This document shows, piece by piece, positions 18,991 to 29,467 of a stretch of 64,000 bases of DNA; position 1 is the stretch's first letter, and every line of letters begins with the position of its first letter. The position numbers were made by a program, and so were the translations under genes. This stretch comes from a virus (taxonomy: Duplodnaviria; Heunggongvirae; Uroviricota; Caudoviricetes). The notes beneath the pieces were generated by a model. The model did no database searches. It was not told the origin of the DNA and saw nothing but the letters and a program-made list of their open reading frames with translations. The stretch is from positions 11,201 through 75,200 of IMG/VR virus record IMGVR_UViG_3300037504_000227; one strand, written 5' to 3'.

Positions 18991-19876
18991 TGGTATCTAC
19001 ATCCTCGAATACCCTGTCAAATTCGTGTGTGCAGAGTGTGGTGGAGATCTTGAATTCCGGTATAAAGATGAAGGATATCTGGTTTATTGCCCAAGGGGGC
19101 ACGAAGGCTTTGAAAGGAGACAAGAGATGGACTATGTAGAAATCGCAAAGATGCTACGCGAGCATCCAATTGATTCAGACGACATTCAGTTCAGAGTTGG
19201 TGCCAGAACGAGCGACAAGAAGCGCGGGATTGGACTTGCATACGCTGACTTGCGTGCTTACCTGGACGCTCTGGATGCAATAACAGATGGGAATTGGACT
19301 GATGATCAGACACAGATCTTTGAGATGGATGGTGGTGTCTACGCCCGCTGTCCGATTATGATTGATGGTGTAGTGAAGGTTGGGTTCAGTGAAGTCCACA
19401 GTGGCAATAACGCTGTAACCGCAGCCGTGGCCCAGGCGTTCAAGCGGGCATTGGTGAAACACGGACTGTGGCGCGATCTGTATTCATTCCCTGACGTGTG
19501 GGTCGAGTTGAAGAATGGGAAATATATTACTAAGCAGGGCAAGCAGAAGTTGCAGGCTGCTCTGCGTAGCTTCCTCGCAGGAAACAAGATTGACGGTGGG
19601 TCGCCGGACGAATTGGACGATGAAGTTAAGCTGGGCGATCTAGAAGTGTCTCATTACAACAAGACCATCGCCGCTCTCAAAAAGTCTCTTGAGAACGCTG
19701 GGTACGACTCGTCTGGTGCTCGTGGGAAGTTTGTCTCAGGCGTGTTCAACGTAGATGACGTGAAGGCCTTAACACTTGGCGATATCTCTCTGATCGAGGG
19801 GTTCTGCCAGAAAGTTGCCGATGGAGCCGATAAGGAGGCTCAGCTTAAGATGCTGAAGGCGGCGGCCAGTGGCTAA
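18962..19876 (+). CDS. Rad52/Sak-family single-strand annealing protein with N-terminal zinc ribbon
   Basis: Rad52-like core (VYARCPIMIDGVVKVGFSEVHSGNNAVTAAVAQAFKRALVKHGLWRDLY); CxxC...CPRGH ribbon. Confidence 0.55.
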   Translation: MLKTKQTIHNGIYILEYPVKFVCAECGGDLEFRYKDEGYLVYCPRGHEGFERRQEMDYVEIAKMLREHPIDSDDIQFRVGARTSDKKRGIGLAYADLRAYLDALDAITDGNWTDDQTQIFEMDGGVYARCPIMIDGVVKVGFSEVHSGNNAVTAAVAQAFKRALVKHGLWRDLYSFPDVWVELKNGKYITKQGKQKLQAALRSFLAGNKIDGGSPDELDDEVKLGDLEVSHYNKTIAALKKSLENAGYDSSGARGKFVSGVFNVDDVKALTLGDISLIEGFCQKVADGADKEAQLKMLKAAASG

Positions 19877-20765
19877 CTCACTTCAGAAAGTGACTAATCC
19901 CATCGCAAACCTGGACTCGGATAGCGTTGCCCACGTTCTCACCAAGGACTTCGATCAAGAGTATGAGTCCTTGGTTCGTGCCATCAAGGGGAAAAACCTG
20001 ATGGAGATGGAGGTCCAGCTTAGGGTTAGCTGGATTGTCCTGAAAGGGCTTTGGGCACAGGCCAGAGTGTGGGTTAATCCAGAAACAGGTGTCGTGTATG
20101 AAAGCAAGCGCGACATTCCTGAGAACGAGAAGTATCTTGTGTCTTCCAAGCGTCGATGGCATCACCAGAAAGAGTTCTCTGAGCACGTCCAGGAAGTGTA
20201 TGGCCTAAATACAAACACCTGGAGACGAAGGCATATTGTCATAGAGAGGATGCTTGCAAACAAGAGGGCATTGTATAACCGAGAAAACACTGCCACAGAT
20301 CTAGTAGATGCTGTTAAGGCTGTGATGTCTGCTTTCACCGCCACAGACGAAATTCGTGAGTCCCTGGTTTATGAGAGAACGCCTGCTGGAGAACTCGAAG
20401 TTGTGGGCGTCAATGAAAATGTGTTTGGCGAAACCCCACTTGAGGAAGCCTTGGAGGTTGTAGAGCGCGAGACTGACAATGTAGTGGCGCGCTCTCAGGG
20501 TGGTGAATCAACGCGAGAGATTATGAAGGACGTGCGCGGAAGCTTCTTGCGCAAGCCTCTAATCAACGCATACCTGGATACAGACCATCAATGCATCGGG
20601 ATCTATGTAGAATGGCCCGATAAAGAAGAGGACGAGGAACAGTGGACAGAGAAGATGCCAACGCGATATTACATGCGCATCTACGACGAAGACGGTACTG
20701 AGGTTACATTCAAGATGCCAACAGAGATCTTCTCTTGGATCAGGAATCGCTTGAATGCGTCCTGA
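19869..20765 (+). CDS. hypothetical protein
   Basis: ORF. Confidence 0.4.
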   Translation: MANSLQKVTNPIANLDSDSVAHVLTKDFDQEYESLVRAIKGKNLMEMEVQLRVSWIVLKGLWAQARVWVNPETGVVYESKRDIPENEKYLVSSKRRWHHQKEFSEHVQEVYGLNTNTWRRRHIVIERMLANKRALYNRENTATDLVDAVKAVMSAFTATDEIRESLVYERTPAGELEVVGVNENVFGETPLEEALEVVERETDNVVARSQGGESTREIMKDVRGSFLRKPLINAYLDTDHQCIGIYVEWPDKEEDEEQWTEKMPTRYYMRIYDEDGTEVTFKMPTEIFSWIRNRLNAS

Positions 20766-21561
20766 CCCACTCTCCGATCTTCTTTGGAATCACATTCGGC
20801 TTCCCTGTGGACTCGCCCCGCCACGTAAGCCATTTGTCACGCTCTACGTCCGAAGATAAAATATGGCAGTAGGCTCCAGCGATTCCTAGGGATTGACAAC
20901 GAGATAGGAAGTTAGTGTATTGCTTGGCTTTCACTGACTTTTTTATTACCGCTGATGGGTTCATATATTCTACCATCAGCGGTTTATCGTATCTCAGACG
21001 GTCAGACATTCTCCATAGACAGGTGTTGTAGTCATCCAGACAATCAGCGCTTGACGACCACGAATATAAATCAGAAATGTAATCGCACGCCTCGACTGCC
21101 CCCTCAGACGCTCTTAGAAACGCCTCTGAGTCGCCTCTGAGCCTGCCGACCCCTCCACCAGCTTTGAGTGCTGGATACCCCCATTTAGCCTCTGGGAACC
21201 AAACGCCGAGCTTGCTTCTCAGCTCGACCCACCATGAAGCAAACTCTGCCCCATCTCTCCACGCCCAACCAAACCCGTTGTTCTCTACGTTCGGGAAGCG
21301 ATGTAAGTCAAAGTGTCGCGCGCCATCTTCATAGGCAGAACACAAACGATCATAGATGTAGTCTATGTAATCATTCACCGGGTCTGGTTGTGCAACTATC
21401 TGATAATGCGTGTCTAGGTTTGTGGCAGGGGGATAGTCCTCTAGCGAGATCTTAATTGTAGAAACGCCTGATAACTTTAATGCTGTCAGGTCTTTTTCTT
21501 TAACAGGACGAATTGCAACGACGCCTATGATCATAGAGGTATTATACAATAAATCTTGCAA
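20740..21561 (-). CDS. hypothetical protein, possible glycoside-hydrolase-like lysin/depolymerase
   Basis: last gene of tail block; aromatic/acidic-rich; weak resemblance only. Confidence 0.3.
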   Translation of the reverse strand: MQDLLYNTSMIIGVVAIRPVKEKDLTALKLSGVSTIKISLEDYPPATNLDTHYQIVAQPDPVNDYIDYIYDRLCSAYEDGARHFDLHRFPNVENNGFGWAWRDGAEFASWWVELRSKLGVWFPEAKWGYPALKAGGGVGRLRGDSEAFLRASEGAVEACDYISDLYSWSSSADCLDDYNTCLWRMSDRLRYDKPLMVEYMNPSAVIKKSVKAKQYTNFLSRCQSLGIAGAYCHILSSDVERDKWLTWRGESTGKPNVIPKKIGEWVRTHSSDS

Positions 21562-21564
21562 AAG

Positions 21565-22098
21565 TCAAATCCAGTACCCCCAGATCTCCAGATAGACTTC
21601 CATCGTACCCGCGCCGCTTGCATTACATCGGTACCACAAATCCCCGTTGTTGCACGGGCAAACCGCGGTTTCATAGATCCAATCGTCATTGTCTTTACCG
21701 CTCGGATCTGCGAGGACGGTGAACGTGGAAACTGACGACGACCCGTTCACAGCGAAATAGAGTCCTGATGTGCCGGCGCTCCCGCTGTCTCGGACCTGCA
21801 CTTTGAGGAGCACAGCCGTGGCGCTGGCCGGGATTGTAGTGCTCCAGGATGTATTCTCAATTTTGGTATTTGAGGAGACATCGCTGAATGAATCGCCATC
21901 GAAGCTTGTGTTAGTATATGGTGTGGTGAGCGGAACAAACACGCTCCCTGTATATGACGTGCTGGACCTGGACGGCTTGATGTCGCCTGCATAGTTAATG
22001 TCTCCAGAGTCACTGACCCCAAAGTTCTGAGTGCGCTTAACAAAGTATGTAGCCAGCTGGTTTACTGCTTGCTTAAATGAAGTTCTAAATGGATTCAT
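21565..22098 (-). CDS. tail-associated hypothetical protein
   Basis: position downstream of tail genes. Confidence 0.35.
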   Translation of the reverse strand: MNPFRTSFKQAVNQLATYFVKRTQNFGVSDSGDINYAGDIKPSRSSTSYTGSVFVPLTTPYTNTSFDGDSFSDVSSNTKIENTSWSTTIPASATAVLLKVQVRDSGSAGTSGLYFAVNGSSSVSTFTVLADPSGKDNDDWIYETAVCPCNNGDLWYRCNASGAGTMEVYLEIWGYWI

Positions 22099-23237
22099 CT
22101 AAATGCCTCGATTCTTGCCAATATCGCATCTGCGCGATTGCTTTCCTGATCTAGCACAACGCGCAATGTGTTATCTGCCCCAGAGTACTCGGCTTCCATA
22201 ATCTGCCCAATCCGTTTCCTGTCCCAAGAAGAACTCAACAGTGTTGAGTCAGGGAACAAGTCATTGACGCGCAAGTATCCACCACTCTCCTTAATGACAT
22301 TCCACAGTGGCACTCTTGCTCCATTTGAGTTAGTGATCTTGGGTGCAGAGATTTGGATTTCATACCTGAGCATTGGTTGTTTGAACTTGTTCAGGAATAA
22401 GTCTCTATACTGTGTTGCTGCCACATCTGGCACGTCACCAACGTCTATGTGTGCCTCTCTGGTCCAGAAATCAGATTGGCTGGTTGAGTCTGTAGCAGCG
22501 CTAGTGATGCTCAAATATCCATCCTCATCTGTATAGATTACTTGCACATCGTTGGCAAGCTTTGAGATGCTACGAGTCATGGAGAATGATCCTTTGGCTA
22601 AATCTTTTTTCCACACCTGCCAGTCAAACGTACCGTCGTCAACTTGTGCTTTGAAGTATGGTAGCGGGAGCTGTGGAATTGCGCCTTGTAACTGTTGATT
22701 GACTAGGTAGTAATTCCATTGGTTGTTTGACGAATCAGACAGCGCAGCCATCTTCTGAATCAGGTCGCCAGGGAATATGCCTTCGTCTGGCGGCTCCCAG
22801 AACCCGATGACTGTACTTGTCTCGTCTATGTTAGACTGCGTGCTTGAAACGAACGGCACATTGTTTGTAAGCGCGTCTTTGATTACATCAGAAGTGGAGT
22901 CTGTGTCCGTGACAGTCTGAACGTAGTATTGGTCGAAGTGTCGATCCCAGAACCCGCGACAGTCTACTCTGACTCCACTCTGTGTAAGTGAGATGTCTGT
23001 AATGTGACCGTCTGCTACAGGTTTGTCAACATAGTCGTCCAGCAAACATACTCTGTATCCAGGGTAGTCTTTGAAGAATCGCCACGCCTGATATTCTGGC
23101 ATAGCAATTGAGAACCCAAAAGAGATCACGCCTCCGTGAATAGCCCAAGTGATATTGGTGTCAGAAACATCCCTGTATATATTCTCTAGAGATGGTGAGG
23201 CTGTGCTATTTGTATATAGAGCAGCTTGAAGTTCCAT
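22095..23237 (-). CDS. putative tail tip/baseplate protein
   Basis: second gene after tape measure. Confidence 0.4.
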   Translation of the reverse strand: MELQAALYTNSTASPSLENIYRDVSDTNITWAIHGGVISFGFSIAMPEYQAWRFFKDYPGYRVCLLDDYVDKPVADGHITDISLTQSGVRVDCRGFWDRHFDQYYVQTVTDTDSTSDVIKDALTNNVPFVSSTQSNIDETSTVIGFWEPPDEGIFPGDLIQKMAALSDSSNNQWNYYLVNQQLQGAIPQLPLPYFKAQVDDGTFDWQVWKKDLAKGSFSMTRSISKLANDVQVIYTDEDGYLSITSAATDSTSQSDFWTREAHIDVGDVPDVAATQYRDLFLNKFKQPMLRYEIQISAPKITNSNGARVPLWNVIKESGGYLRVNDLFPDSTLLSSSWDRKRIGQIMEAEYSGADNTLRVVLDQESNRADAILARIEAFR

Positions 23238-25174
23238 TATTTTGTTCCAATCAAGAACTCTGTGCGAGGTGTAGTGCGAATCGTTAATTGGATCTCGTCA
23301 TCAATGTCATCTCCGCTGTAGTCTGTTAAATAGTTTGCTCCAGACTTTGTTCCATAGCTTATTGTAAATCTGTTTTTGTTGTATTCAGGATCGCAATTAG
23401 GAATTGTGCCGATTAGGTTTGAAAGTTCTGAGTTATAATAAGATCTGGTGTACAAAAGGGCTTCGCCATTATACGTTGTGTGAAGGCTGTCCCCTGTAGA
23501 AAACGGTGGGTTGCCATTGAAGTTTGGCGGGGTCATGTCTATTATTGTTCTTGAATTATCTCTAATGGGAACAATGGACACATAATCAACATCTAGATTT
23601 GCTATATCTGAATGGTTCTCGAATTCAGTGTAAAGCCTTGTTACATAATCTTCTATCCCCGAAAACACATTCGGGTAAAACAGTTCGGATTCTACCAGTT
23701 CCCATGTATTGTTTTCTTGTGGGATTATGCTTTGCCCGCTGCTGGATTCGTGCTGAGCCCATCCAACACCAGAGTTTGTATCAACATATTGTGTCGATAT
23801 ATTTGCGCTTCGTGTTCTGAATCTAATAATGACAGGAGCCTCTATAATATTTGTAAGCAAAGCACCAGCAGTTGTGCTTGTTAAAACTGTATCTGTGGCT
23901 AGCCCGGCTCCTGCACGAAGATATTTCCCATTGCTTGCTGAGGTATCTGACTGCTCTGTCCAAGAGTCTGCACGTCCGTTAAAGTCTCTTTCTGCTTCAA
24001 GATATGTGATATGTGCGCCTCTTGTATTGACTATATACATTAGTGATGCGCCTGTGGATGCAGTTGTTGCTGTTATGTCCATCTCAATCGGGCTTTGCAA
24101 GTCCCCCAATACGTCGACATCAAAATAGTTAATATCCCCATCCCCAGTGTCATAGTGATTTCTGACATTCCGATAACTCATCCAGGAATCAGGCGTCGTT
24201 GTGGTGCCAAGTTGTAGATACGTTTTGTCTAGATAATATGTCGTTGCTGCGCTTGCATCCCCGGACAACCTGCGCACGTACATCGAAAGTGTGGAGTCGC
24301 CTGACGTAGTAGCGCCAGATACATCCAGTCTCTTCCAGGTGTTACTGTCGTCATCGTCTTCTGTTTTAGTTGCAGCGTTATATTTCGCAGTCCCAATAGA
24401 GCCAGAACTGTCACCCTGAATATCCAGCGTAATGTCATCGCCAGAAGCGCGATACACCCAAGCATACGAAACGAAATTCCCCGCTGTACTGACAGAAACG
24501 GTGTCGCTGTAAACGCCTTCTGTTGTGCTAGCGTCTGTCACAACCTTCTGACTTTGGCTACCAATCAAGAAAGTGGATGTATCCAATGTGGTTGTTGGTG
24601 TCCCACTCTCTGTCCAGTTGTCAGCAAGGCCATTAGAGTCAGCATCTTCCTCGAAGTGTGGCGTCTTCAATTCGTTAGCCAGCGTCTCTTCATCCCCATA
24701 TCCCCAAGGTTTGGTCGTCACTGTGATGGACAGCCCATCCCCAAAGATGATTTCCTGACTGGTCCTGTTGAAGAAGTTAAAGAAGTCAACCCCGTCAGGT
24801 TCGATCTCCATCACGTCATAGTACGTGGTGTTCGTCGCACCCTCAAGTTTAATCTCTAGGTACACCTTGTCAACATTCTTCTCCTTCCAATACTGAGAAG
24901 CTTGTCGCGCAAGACGATTAAATGACGCTAGTGTGTCAATCACATCGTCGTCTGTAGACCCTCTTACAGCCAATCTGAGAGGCCACTTCCTGTTCTCAAG
25001 GCGTGTCCTAACCAGGTCCTCCCCATCCTCCCACTCTGAGGTGTGATACAAAGAGTCGTGAGGCGCGACGCCAAACTTGGTTCCTTGCACCAGCAACTCA
25101 AATCCTGCTGTGTCAAAGAACAAGTCGATTTCTGTTGTCCCGTCCGTAAGTTTAATCGTATCTGAAATAGCCAT
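23237..25174 (-). CDS. putative distal tail protein / tail fibre-like protein
   Basis: Ser/Thr-rich 645-aa protein immediately downstream of tape measure. Confidence 0.45.
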   Translation of the reverse strand: MAISDTIKLTDGTTEIDLFFDTAGFELLVQGTKFGVAPHDSLYHTSEWEDGEDLVRTRLENRKWPLRLAVRGSTDDDVIDTLASFNRLARQASQYWKEKNVDKVYLEIKLEGATNTTYYDVMEIEPDGVDFFNFFNRTSQEIIFGDGLSITVTTKPWGYGDEETLANELKTPHFEEDADSNGLADNWTESGTPTTTLDTSTFLIGSQSQKVVTDASTTEGVYSDTVSVSTAGNFVSYAWVYRASGDDITLDIQGDSSGSIGTAKYNAATKTEDDDDSNTWKRLDVSGATTSGDSTLSMYVRRLSGDASAATTYYLDKTYLQLGTTTTPDSWMSYRNVRNHYDTGDGDINYFDVDVLGDLQSPIEMDITATTASTGASLMYIVNTRGAHITYLEAERDFNGRADSWTEQSDTSASNGKYLRAGAGLATDTVLTSTTAGALLTNIIEAPVIIRFRTRSANISTQYVDTNSGVGWAQHESSSGQSIIPQENNTWELVESELFYPNVFSGIEDYVTRLYTEFENHSDIANLDVDYVSIVPIRDNSRTIIDMTPPNFNGNPPFSTGDSLHTTYNGEALLYTRSYYNSELSNLIGTIPNCDPEYNKNRFTISYGTKSGANYLTDYSGDDIDDEIQLTIRTTPRTEFLIGTK

Positions 25175-28100
25175 TACGCTGCTGATCTCCTCATATATGC
25201 CATCTCACCGATGTCAGATGCCAACTGTCTACTTATTGCTCTACCTGTCTGCGCGTTCGGAACCACCATAGATTGCACAATCGGACCTTGGAATACTACT
25301 GTGGATGTGTTGTTGGCTACGGGAGCGGGTGTCATTGGCGATCCTGTCATATTCCCTATCGTGCTTGCCAAAGACCTCATCTCGGCATTCACTTCGCTAA
25401 CACCAACTGCCAACTTCGGAGGCGACTTGACAAACAGTTGGTCGAAAAGCTCACTTAGTCCAGGCGGAATGGAAGGCCACGAAATATCTAGGTCCAGTGT
25501 GTGATCCTTGAACCATTGCCACGCTTCCTGAATTGGGTCCAGGATGGTTTTCTTCAGGTTGTCCATAATCGTCTCTGCGCTCGACTTCAGGTTGTTCAGG
25601 ATGGTTTCAATTGCTGTCTTGATATCTGTAAAGATCCTCTTTGCCTCAGACTTCGCCATTGTGATTGCTGTGACAACTGCATCCTTAAGGTTGTTGAAGT
25701 GCATCTCGCCCTTTTTCTTGATCTCAAGGAACTTAGACACACCATTTTGAACCATTGTCGTCACAGCAAGTGTTACAGCCTGCTTGGCGGCATTAAACTT
25801 ATCCTTCAGATTTGCCTGGATCTCTGAGGCGCGAGCAACGATATTATCTTTAAGGCTGGTGTATTCTTTTGCAACACCTTTGGCTGAGTTCTCTGTGTCA
25901 GATCCAGTCTTGATAGCTGTTTCTGCCAGAGAGTACAAGGCACGGCGACCTCTGTCTCTGAATTTTTCAAAGTGATCGCCTGTTCTGATTACGCCATCTG
26001 TTATTTTGTCAAGTGACGAGCCAACATCCGTGAATGTATCATCTACCTCAAACGAAACCTTTAGCCCGGCTTCCCTTGTCCCTCCGTCGTCTCCAAATAG
26101 TGCAGCTGCAGACTCCCTAAACTCAAGCATTTGCACAGTAGCTTCTGCTAAAGCAGATGGGTCTGGTCCTCCGCCGCGTATACTGGATATTAAAGTTAAT
26201 GCTATCTTTATGCCGTCTAGTATTAGCCCAACAAACCTTAGAGCATCAGACAATATGCCAATTAGCCCTTGTCCTCCATCTCCGCCTATGATAAGCTCTG
26301 GCAAAGTAGGAAGTTCTTCTAGGCCAAATATCTCTTTGGCAAGGTCACCAACGGCGTCTGTTAGCTCGCCGAACGCCGGCTTGAGATCTTTGTTTATTTG
26401 TCCTCTTACCTCGTTCACAAAATCCCTGAATCCCTCTTGAATCTCAGGGTCAGTGACAGTATCAACCAGTTCCCCCCAAGCCTCAGAGATCTCCTCTGTG
26501 CTAGTGTTCCACTGGTCGATAAAGTCCTGGAAGTCAATCTGTCCCAAGATCTCTTCAAGACGATCTCTTAATCCCTCAATTCTCTCTTCCAGGTCCATTG
26601 TGCCAGCAAGGGGCGTGTCCAAGCTTGGCATACTTGGCATCTCAATCGCCCCTGCACCCGCACCCCCGCCCCCACCACCTCCGCCGCCGCCTCCAGAGGC
26701 TTCTTTGTTAAGATCCTTCACTGCTCTCAACAGCAAGCGGAACAGCTTCAATTGATCCTGCAACAGCTTCTTGCGATCCTCTAGCTTCTCAACCTCTTTT
26801 TCCTGTGCTTCAAGCGCATCCTCAGTTGCCTGAACCTGAGCAACCTTGTTCCTAATCGCAGCAGGGTCTTTGTTCAAAATTTGCAACCTGAACAGTTCAC
26901 GTCTTTGTGTTCCCAGCGCATCAGTAAGTTCTTCTTGCTTGTCCTTTGCTCGATCAAGGACGCTCTCAACGTCCCGAATTAGGAACTCAAGGTCGATAAT
27001 TGACAATCCCTCGGCCCAGGACTCAATTGCATCCACGCCAATCTTGAAGAACTCAGGCTCTACAGTGTCCTCTAGGGACTTTGCCAACTCAGACGCGATA
27101 GGTTCAAAGGTGAATCCTTCAGCCCTTCTCTTAATCCCGTCAAGCCACTCCTGAATTGTCTCAGCACCCCAAGTGTCAATCTCTGGCAGGATGTTTGGTG
27201 GAGATCCAGGCGCAAACCAGTGAGTTAGGATTCCAGCAATCGTGTTCAGAACGAACGTGATGACGTTAGTGAACCCTTTCAGGATTCCTGTGGCAAAATT
27301 GATGCCGATGTTTGCGCCCCACACCACAGCATTCGCCGCCCATTCGGCAGCTCTCGCCCCCATCCTCGCCGCTTCTGAGTCAATTGTTGGGGGCAGGAAT
27401 GCCAGTTGGTCAACAAACCCTTGAACAAAGTCTGTGATCCTGCTTGACGACTGTACAGCCATCTCGGTAATTGCTTCCAGGATAACCGTGAACACTGGTG
27501 CCAGATCGTTTAGCACCTCGTCTCGGACGTTCTGGAATGTGGCAGCCAGCGCGTTTGCTTGAGTTGACAGGTACAGCGAAGCATCGCCAGTGCGAAGGAT
27601 GATTTCTTGTCCAGCTCTCAGCGTCTCCTGCAACAAACCCATAACCTGCTCTTGGTGTGTTAGTTCATCAGATGCTTTGCCAATTTTCTCTGCATACTGA
27701 TCTGTTGCCTCTGACAAGGAAATGCTCAGGCCAAGATTGTCTAGATAGCGCGTGCTCAGACGCCCAACACCACGGACAATGGACTCAAACATATGTTCAA
27801 TGTCCTGTCCTGTTGACAGCGCTGCTGCCTGCGCCACACCTAGAAGTGCTGGGAGTTCAGTTGCAACCTGATCGCCAATCAGCATAAAGGCAAGGTTGCT
27901 CATTTTCAGCATATCTGTGGTTGCAATCGCCCCATGGGTAGCACGCTGTAGGTCAGAGATCATCTGATCTGTTGTCGAGCTAAATCCATCAACACTTTGA
28001 TTCGCTGCATCAACAAAGTTCGCAAATGCAGTTCTCACAGATTGGATGGGTCCAATCTCTTCTGCAACACCCCTTAGCGCCCTTCCAATCCCACGGATGC

Positions 28101-28719
28101 CCTGATACCCAATCAGTGCCCCAACCATCTTTGCCATATCGCCAAAGGCACTAATCAATCCCCTCGCGCCCTTCTGAACAATCTTGAATGGCAAAGCTGC
28201 AAGGTTCACACCAAGCCCAGCAATCAGCCCTGTCACTCCGGGTACCCCGCCCTGGATTGCCATAAACACATTGGACATCACGTTACCAAACCTAGCGGCA
28301 ACTCCGCCTGCTGACTGGAAGCCCTGAATCATACTACGGATAGATTTATTGATAGCCTTCGCCGCATCCTTGGCAGCCTTCTCGGCTTCCTTTTGGGCCT
28401 TTTCTTCCTTCTTCGCCGCAATCTGAGCTGCCTCAGCTCTAGTTCTATATGACGCAGCAACCTTGGCAGATCCTTCAGAGGTTTGCTTGGACGCTGTGGC
28501 TGTTACTCCACCAAGCTTTTGCAACAACTGTGTTGCTTTCTCGACATTTGCAGGGTCGATCTCGCTGAACGATGCAGACATTTTCTTGAGTTGCCCATCG
28601 ACAGCAGAAATCGCCACACGCGCATCTTTACCCAACTGTCCTAGCGCCTGTGCTATTTTCTTTATGTCATCAGAACTTCCATCTAGCGTTTCAATTCTGA
28701 TCTGGGCATCACTTGGCAT
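25174..28719 (-). CDS. tail tape measure protein
   Basis: 1181 aa, long coiled-coil A/E/K-rich regions, hydrophobic glycine-zipper segments, (G)11AGAGA tract; follows G/GT chaperone pair. Confidence 0.8.
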   Translation of the reverse strand: MPSDAQIRIETLDGSSDDIKKIAQALGQLGKDARVAISAVDGQLKKMSASFSEIDPANVEKATQLLQKLGGVTATASKQTSEGSAKVAASYRTRAEAAQIAAKKEEKAQKEAEKAAKDAAKAINKSIRSMIQGFQSAGGVAARFGNVMSNVFMAIQGGVPGVTGLIAGLGVNLAALPFKIVQKGARGLISAFGDMAKMVGALIGYQGIRGIGRALRGVAEEIGPIQSVRTAFANFVDAANQSVDGFSSTTDQMISDLQRATHGAIATTDMLKMSNLAFMLIGDQVATELPALLGVAQAAALSTGQDIEHMFESIVRGVGRLSTRYLDNLGLSISLSEATDQYAEKIGKASDELTHQEQVMGLLQETLRAGQEIILRTGDASLYLSTQANALAATFQNVRDEVLNDLAPVFTVILEAITEMAVQSSSRITDFVQGFVDQLAFLPPTIDSEAARMGARAAEWAANAVVWGANIGINFATGILKGFTNVITFVLNTIAGILTHWFAPGSPPNILPEIDTWGAETIQEWLDGIKRRAEGFTFEPIASELAKSLEDTVEPEFFKIGVDAIESWAEGLSIIDLEFLIRDVESVLDRAKDKQEELTDALGTQRRELFRLQILNKDPAAIRNKVAQVQATEDALEAQEKEVEKLEDRKKLLQDQLKLFRLLLRAVKDLNKEASGGGGGGGGGGGAGAGAIEMPSMPSLDTPLAGTMDLEERIEGLRDRLEEILGQIDFQDFIDQWNTSTEEISEAWGELVDTVTDPEIQEGFRDFVNEVRGQINKDLKPAFGELTDAVGDLAKEIFGLEELPTLPELIIGGDGGQGLIGILSDALRFVGLILDGIKIALTLISSIRGGGPDPSALAEATVQMLEFRESAAALFGDDGGTREAGLKVSFEVDDTFTDVGSSLDKITDGVIRTGDHFEKFRDRGRRALYSLAETAIKTGSDTENSAKGVAKEYTSLKDNIVARASEIQANLKDKFNAAKQAVTLAVTTMVQNGVSKFLEIKKKGEMHFNNLKDAVVTAITMAKSEAKRIFTDIKTAIETILNNLKSSAETIMDNLKKTILDPIQEAWQWFKDHTLDLDISWPSIPPGLSELFDQLFVKSPPKLAVGVSEVNAEMRSLASTIGNMTGSPMTPAPVANNTSTVVFQGPIVQSMVVPNAQTGRAISRQLASDIGEMAYMRRSAA

Positions 28720-28728
28720 ACAATACTC

Positions 28729-29435
28729 CTAAAGCAACTTGTGCTTCCCTGGGTCTTTCAAGTCCACATCTGGCGCAGAAGATCCCATTTTCCTATACAG
28801 CGCCGTCTCATCACCAGTGACAAGCATAATCTCCATCCTAATCCTGTCATCTGGATCACACGACTTGGGATCTCTCTTGTACGCATTCGCAGAATCCCGC
28901 CAGTGTTTCAGTTCGAGCATCCGAAGTAGCTGTACCCCATCCTCGCTCTCTAAATCTGAGGGAAGACAGTTGAACGTCTCACATAGAGACAGTATCAAAG
29001 CATCCTTCGGAGGAACGCCCTCGTCCTTAAGAATGCAACGGACTAGCTGGGCGCTTGCTCTTTTTTTTCTTGATCCCCAAGAACCCCAGACAACTTATTG
29101 GTTAGATACGTCAACTCAGGGATGTCAAGATTCTGAATCGCCTCAAGGGACAATTCCATCGGCTCTCCAGTGTACGGATCGGTCCACGTCCAACTGTGAA
29201 TCGCCCTGAGCAAAATTGGGGGGATCTCGCCAAACAAGAAATGGACGATCTCTCGCTGATCCTCAGAGTCGCCCAACTCTTCTGCCTGCATCATCATCAT
29301 TAAATCGGCAGGCGAAAGCCGACGACGGAATATCACACTCTCCCCTGCATGGGGATAATATTCCTCGCCACCTTCCTCAATCACAAAATCATCGCTCTTG
29401 CGCTCAATGAGCGGTGCTCGTCTATTCTTTCCCAT
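28729..29435 (-). CDS. tail assembly chaperone GT-like fusion via programmed -1 frameshift at A_AAA_AAA (plus-strand T8 29061-29068)
   Basis: downstream ORF 28729-28998 lies in -1 frame and stays open back through the slippery heptamer. Confidence 0.55.
29043..29435 (-). CDS. tail assembly chaperone (G-like)
   Basis: immediately upstream of tape measure; ends 3 codons after A8 slippery site. Confidence 0.6.
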   Translation of the reverse strand: MGKNRRAPLIERKSDDFVIEEGGEEYYPHAGESVIFRRRLSPADLMMMMQAEELGDSEDQREIVHFLFGEIPPILLRAIHSWTWTDPYTGEPMELSLEAIQNLDIPELTYLTNKLSGVLGDQEKKEQAPS

Positions 29436-29467
29436 TGGTTTCCTCCTATGGGTAATAAGTTGTTATA

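Noticed and set aside
20740-21561. Confident endolysin call
   Set aside because: Only a vague glycoside-hydrolase-like composition with no diagnostic catalytic motif visible by eye; kept as a low-confidence note.
26630-26700. GC-rich ccgcc/ccacc repeats looked like a simple-sequence or CRISPR-like repeat
   Set aside because: It lies inside the tape measure ORF and encodes the (G)11AGAGA tract; there are no spacers.
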